Positions 60,071-64,000 of a stretch of 64,000 bases of DNA are shown one piece after another. Origin of the DNA: Deltaproteobacteria bacterium (lineage in GTDB: Bacteria > Myxococcota > UBA727 > JABDBI01). The stretch lies in the NCBI GenBank assembly GCA_016432245.1, contig CP066680.1, positions 36,110 through 100,109 on the forward strand. The letters run 5' to 3'. Numbering within the stretch: position 1 is the first letter of the stretch; each line of letters starts with the position of its first letter. The notes beneath the pieces were generated by a model, which saw nothing but the letters and a program-made list of their open reading frames with translations, was not told where the DNA came from and searched no databases. A program made the translations under genes and the position numbers.

Positions 60071-62149
60071 ATGATGAAATTATGTTTTTTAGTACTTAGC
60101 ATGGTTTTTGTAGTTATATTATATAGTATTTTTTTAATGTATAAGATTTTAAAAGCTCCTTCTGGATCTGAAAAAATGGAGATGATTCATTTGGCTATAA
60201 AAGAAGGAGCAAGTGCTTATATAGCAAGGCAATATTTTTCTATTTTTATTATTGGTGTAATATTATCTGTTTTTTTATGGATATTGCTTGGTGTATATGT
60301 TTGTATAGGATTTGTGATAGGAGCGGTGATGTCGTCTCTTGTGGGATATTTGAGTATGCAAGTGTCTATCAGGGCTAATGTAAAAACAGCGCAAGCTGCC
60401 ACATTGGGCTATCAAAGTGCTTTTAATATGGCATGTGATACAGGTGCAATAATAGGGTTGTTGGTTATCTCAACAGGGGTTTTATCAGTGACAAGTTATT
60501 ATTTCTTCTTAGAAAAAATACAGTGTTCTAAGGAAGTTATTCATCAAGCATTGATGTCGTTGGGATTTGGGGCGTCGTTAATTTCGATTTTTGCAAGATT
60601 GGGAGGAGGAATTTTTACAAAAGGAGCAGATATAGGAGCAGATTTGGTTGGGAAAATAGAACTAAGCATTCCAGAAGATGACCCGAGGAATCCAGCTGTG
60701 ATAGCAGATAATGTTGGAGATAATGTAGGAGATTGTTCAGGAATGGCAGCTGATTTATTTGAGAGTTATATAGTTACAATAGTAGGGTCTATGATTTTGA
60801 TCGATATTGGAGATTCTTCTGTTGCTAAAACATTGATTTATTTACCTATAATTATAGGTGGAAGTTGCATGTTTGCTACTATGATTGGAACTTTTTTTAC
60901 TGGATTAAATAAAAAATATGAAATTTTAAAGTCTTTATATCGAAGTTTTCTAGTGTCCAATATTTTATCTATGTTTTTTATTCTTATAATTGTTTATTTC
61001 TATGTTGGGTGGACTGAAGCTTATAAAATATACGGTATGAGTATTCTTGGAAAAAACATATTTTATTGTTGTCTTTCTGGCTTATTAACTACAAGGATTT
61101 TGATGTTTTTAACGGAGTATTACACGTCTAAATATTACAGGCCTGTTAAAAGTATTGCTGAAGCATCGGTTACAGGACATGGGACGAATATAATACAAGG
61201 ATTAGCAATTTCTATGGAATCTACAGCTTCTCCAATCATTATTATATGTTTGTGTATAGTTTTTTCTTATGTAAATGCAGGATTATTTGGGATATCTATG
61301 GCAGCTGTTTCAATGTTATCAATGGTAGGGTCAATTGTGATGTTAGATGCTTACGGTCCTGTAACAGATAATGCAGGGGGAATTGCGGAAATGGCAGGAA
61401 TGAAGAGAGAGACTAGAACGATTACAGATGCATTGGATTCTGTTGGAAATACAACAAAAGCGATTACAAAAGGTTATGCGATAGGGTCAGCAGGGCTTGG
61501 ATCATTAGTATTATTTTCTGATTATATTGGTCATGTTCAGCAAATGTACCCGCAGTATCTTTTTAATTTTTCGTTACAAGATCCATTTGTTATTGTCGGA
61601 CTTTTGCTTGGGGGAGTTATTACTTATTTATTCGGTTCCATGTGTCTTCTTTCCGTAGGAAGAGCGGCTCAGATAGTTGTATTCGAAGTACGCAGACAGT
61701 TTTCAGTGAATGCAGAGTTATTAACAGGAAAGGGACGACCAGATTATGCATATCTGGTAGATCTTTTAACTCAAAGAGCAATAAAGGAAATGATTTATCC
61801 TGGATTATTGCCTGTTTTAATGCCTATTATAATATATTTTTTGTTTTTATTTGTAGGGGAATATGAGGCTTTGATTGTTTTAGGGTCAATGTTATTAGGG
61901 CTGATTATTTCTGGTGTTTTTGTTGCGATTTCAATGACTTCTGGAGGAGGTGCATGGGATAATGCGAAAAAATACATAGAAGAAGGGCATTTTGGGGGAA
62001 AAGGCACAGATACGCATAAAGCATCTATTACTGGAGATACAGTAGGAGATCCATATAAAGATACAGCAGGACCAGCTATCAATCCTATGATAAAGATTGC
62101 AAATATTGTTGCTTTGTTATTAATATCTATTCTTCACATTTCAAAATAG
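60071..62149 (+). CDS. hppA: membrane-bound proton-pumping pyrophosphatase, K+-independent type
   Basis: GDNVGDCSGMAADLFESY and DAYGPVTDNAGG. GNTTKA carries Lys where K+-dependent enzymes have Ala. Also GDTVGDPYKDTAGPAINP. Confidence 0.94.
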   Translation: MMKLCFLVLSMVFVVILYSIFLMYKILKAPSGSEKMEMIHLAIKEGASAYIARQYFSIFIIGVILSVFLWILLGVYVCIGFVIGAVMSSLVGYLSMQVSIRANVKTAQAATLGYQSAFNMACDTGAIIGLLVISTGVLSVTSYYFFLEKIQCSKEVIHQALMSLGFGASLISIFARLGGGIFTKGADIGADLVGKIELSIPEDDPRNPAVIADNVGDNVGDCSGMAADLFESYIVTIVGSMILIDIGDSSVAKTLIYLPIIIGGSCMFATMIGTFFTGLNKKYEILKSLYRSFLVSNILSMFFILIIVYFYVGWTEAYKIYGMSILGKNIFYCCLSGLLTTRILMFLTEYYTSKYYRPVKSIAEASVTGHGTNIIQGLAISMESTASPIIIICLCIVFSYVNAGLFGISMAAVSMLSMVGSIVMLDAYGPVTDNAGGIAEMAGMKRETRTITDALDSVGNTTKAITKGYAIGSAGLGSLVLFSDYIGHVQQMYPQYLFNFSLQDPFVIVGLLLGGVITYLFGSMCLLSVGRAAQIVVFEVRRQFSVNAELLTGKGRPDYAYLVDLLTQRAIKEMIYPGLLPVLMPIIIYFLFLFVGEYEALIVLGSMLLGLIISGVFVAISMTSGGGAWDNAKKYIEEGHFGGKGTDTHKASITGDTVGDPYKDTAGPAINPMIKIANIVALLLISILHISK

Positions 62150-62151
62150 AG

Positions 62152-62664
62152 ATGGATTTAGGGTTTGTATCAAGATTATGGATAACTGTCGCAGTATCAA
62201 TCGTATTGATTTTTATCGATCAATATTTTAAAGGTTTAATTATTTTTTTAGAAAAAGGCGAATTTTGTATTATATCTGGATTTTTCAGTATTATTTATAG
62301 AAAGAATTTTGCAGCAGCTTTTAGTTTTTTTTCATGTATTCCTATTGAAAAAAGACTTATATTTTTGCTAATTTCAGGCTTTTTATCTATTCTTTTTTTT
62401 ATATTTTACCTTTTTAAGTGTCAAAATTTGTCATTAAAGCAGATATTGTGCTTTAATTTTATCATAGGAGGAGCAATTTCCAATCTTTATGATAGGTGGA
62501 GTCTTGGCTATGTAGTGGATTTTTTAGATGTTTATTATAAAGATTGGCATTGGCCAACTTTTAATACTGCAGATACTTTTATTGTTGTAGGGATATTTGG
62601 GATGCTTCATGAAAGCGTCATCTTGCATGGCCTTGTTAAAAAGAAAGCTTGTTATTGGGGTTAA
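62152..62664 (+). CDS. lspA: lipoprotein signal peptidase II
   Basis: Four TM segments. NLYDRWSLGYVVDFLD and FNTADTFIVVG carry the catalytic Asp residues. Confidence 0.86.
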   Translation: MDLGFVSRLWITVAVSIVLIFIDQYFKGLIIFLEKGEFCIISGFFSIIYRKNFAAAFSFFSCIPIEKRLIFLLISGFLSILFFIFYLFKCQNLSLKQILCFNFIIGGAISNLYDRWSLGYVVDFLDVYYKDWHWPTFNTADTFIVVGIFGMLHESVILHGLVKKKACYWG

Positions 62665-62666
62665 CT

Positions 62667-63650
62667 ATGAAATATGTAATTGTTGCGTGTGGAAGTGGAG
62701 GACATATGCTTCCGGGAGTATTTCTAGGAAGATATTTGCAATCTAGGAGGCATAAAATTTTATTTGTTTGTTCGAATAAACGATTAGATGTAAAAATCTT
62801 AAAAAGAGAGTCATTTTTAATAAGGAGGTTGAATACCAGTGGTTCATCTATAGGTCTTTTAAAAAAGATTAGGCAGATATTTAAGTGGGGAGAAAGTCTT
62901 ATACGTTCGTTTTTTTTTCTAAAAAGATTTAGGCCTTTTGCAATAATTGGGTTAGGAGGGGCCTCTATGGGATTGATTTCTATATCTGCTTGGATTTTAA
63001 AGATTCCAGTAGTCATAGTAGAAAATAATAGCACGCCAGGTGGGGTTAACTTAGTAGTGGGTAAATATAGTGCAAGTGCCGTTTTTTCTTTAAATATAGA
63101 AAATTTTATTTTTTTTTCGTCAAATTTTATATATTTGCATGGAAGTAGTTTTTTACAGAGAAACTTTATTGAAAATACGTTAACTAATCTTTCAATAGTA
63201 GGAGGAAGTCAGGGATCTGGTTTTTTTAATTTCATTATGCCGATAGTGGCTTCTAGGACAAACCTTCGAGACATAAAGATTATGCATCAAGTTGGGAAAG
63301 GTCAATATGTCAGGATAAGAGAATCATACGATGTATTAGGGTGTCCAGCTGATTTAAAAGCATTTATATCTAACTTGTTAAAGGAATATGCAAGAACATT
63401 GATTATGGTTTCAAGAGCAGGAGCTTCTAGTATATTTGAATTAATGCTATTAAATCGATATTTTATATTAATTCCAATGCTTACATCTAAAGATTCTCAT
63501 CAAGTTTTAAATTCATGTTCTTTGCAAAAAGATAAGAAGTGCTTCATTTTTTCTCAAACAAGAGTGCATTTAAAGCAGTTAGTTTCACGAATAAATCTAT
63601 CCGAAAACATATCTCGCTTAAATAAATGTATGTATAAGGATTTTCCATGA
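62667..63650 (+). CDS. murG: UDP-GlcNAc:lipid I N-acetylglucosaminyltransferase MurG (divergent)
   Basis: ACGSGGHMLPG, VGGSQGSGFFN and SRAGASSIFEL. ATG 62667 gives MKYVIVACGSGGH. The track start at 62649 overlaps lspA. Confidence 0.8.
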   Translation: MKYVIVACGSGGHMLPGVFLGRYLQSRRHKILFVCSNKRLDVKILKRESFLIRRLNTSGSSIGLLKKIRQIFKWGESLIRSFFFLKRFRPFAIIGLGGASMGLISISAWILKIPVVIVENNSTPGGVNLVVGKYSASAVFSLNIENFIFFSSNFIYLHGSSFLQRNFIENTLTNLSIVGGSQGSGFFNFIMPIVASRTNLRDIKIMHQVGKGQYVRIRESYDVLGCPADLKAFISNLLKEYARTLIMVSRAGASSIFELMLLNRYFILIPMLTSKDSHQVLNSCSLQKDKKCFIFSQTRVHLKQLVSRINLSENISRLNKCMYKDFP

Positions 63651-64000
63651 AAAAGATTCATTTTATAGGTATAGGTGGCGTAGGGATGAGTGCATTGGCA
63701 GAGCTCTCCTTAAATTTAGGAATGAGCATACAAGGCACAGAAGTTGATCTAAATGAATATACTTACCGTTTAAGGGAGATGGGGGTGGAAATATTTGATA
63801 GATATAGTAGATTTAATATAAAAGATGTTGATCTTGTTATTGTATCTTCTGGAGTAATGCCAAACAATGTTGAATTGGAGGAGGCAAGCAATAAAGGTAT
63901 TCCGATAATTCCAAGGGCAAGACTATTGGCAGAAATTACAAGAAGACAAAGTGGCATAATAGTAACAGGGTCTCATGGAAAAACAACAACATCAGGCTTA
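63647..64000 (+). CDS. murC: UDP-N-acetylmuramate-L-alanine ligase (3' partial, runs off the window end)
   Basis: Hand translation gives MKKIHFIGIGGVGMSALAELSLNLGMSIQG...VTGSHGKTTTSGL. ATGA overlap with the murG stop. The frame is open to base 64000. Confidence 0.9.
   Translation, partial: MKKIHFIGIGGVGMSALAELSLNLGMSIQGTEVDLNEYTYRLREMGVEIFDRYSRFNIKDVDLVIVSSGVMPNNVELEEASNKGIPIIPRARLLAEITRRQSGIIVTGSHGKTTTSGL

Overview
This is a visibly AT-rich, very gene-dense bacterial chromosome segment. I call about 60 protein genes and 7 tRNAs. I found no rRNA, CRISPR array, transposase, integrase or phage genes. Most of the window is housekeeping. It includes type-B succinate dehydrogenase (sdhCAB) and the elongasome operon mreB-mreC-mrdA-rodA. 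It also includes yidC, secDF, lspA, murJ/murG/murC, the chaperones dnaK, dnaJ and groESL, and a partial alpha ribosomal operon (rpmJ-rpsM-rpsK-rpoA-rplQ). Five aminoacyl-tRNA synthetases, gatCA, efp plus epmA, and a K+-independent H+-pyrophosphatase are present. The gene set points to a diderm bacterium. A sigma32-like promoter, PspA and the EpmA/EF-P Lys34 pair suggest a proteobacterium-like lineage, but I cannot assign taxonomy without a search. The one clearly accessory block is at the left edge (433-6324): an AniA-like copper nitrite reductase, a membrane-anchored 783-aa cytochrome c with seven CxxCH motifs, then norQ and norD, with no norC or norB in cis. This is my best candidate for an undescribed nitrite/NO-handling module. 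Two recoding-type anomalies are directly visible. A tRNA-Pro(GGG)-like gene has an extra G that gives an 8-nt anticodon loop, as in the classic sufB2 frameshift suppressor. The tlyA N-terminus is only reachable from its ATG by a -1 shift on an A9 tract that forms the slippery heptamer A_AAA_AAC. Other observations are an Asp-rich protein tail encoded by (GAT)n microsatellites, an orphan membrane protein with three repeated modules, loss of mreD from the elongasome operon, and many overlapping convergent gene ends. All calls come from reading the sequence and the ORF translations. No database search was run.
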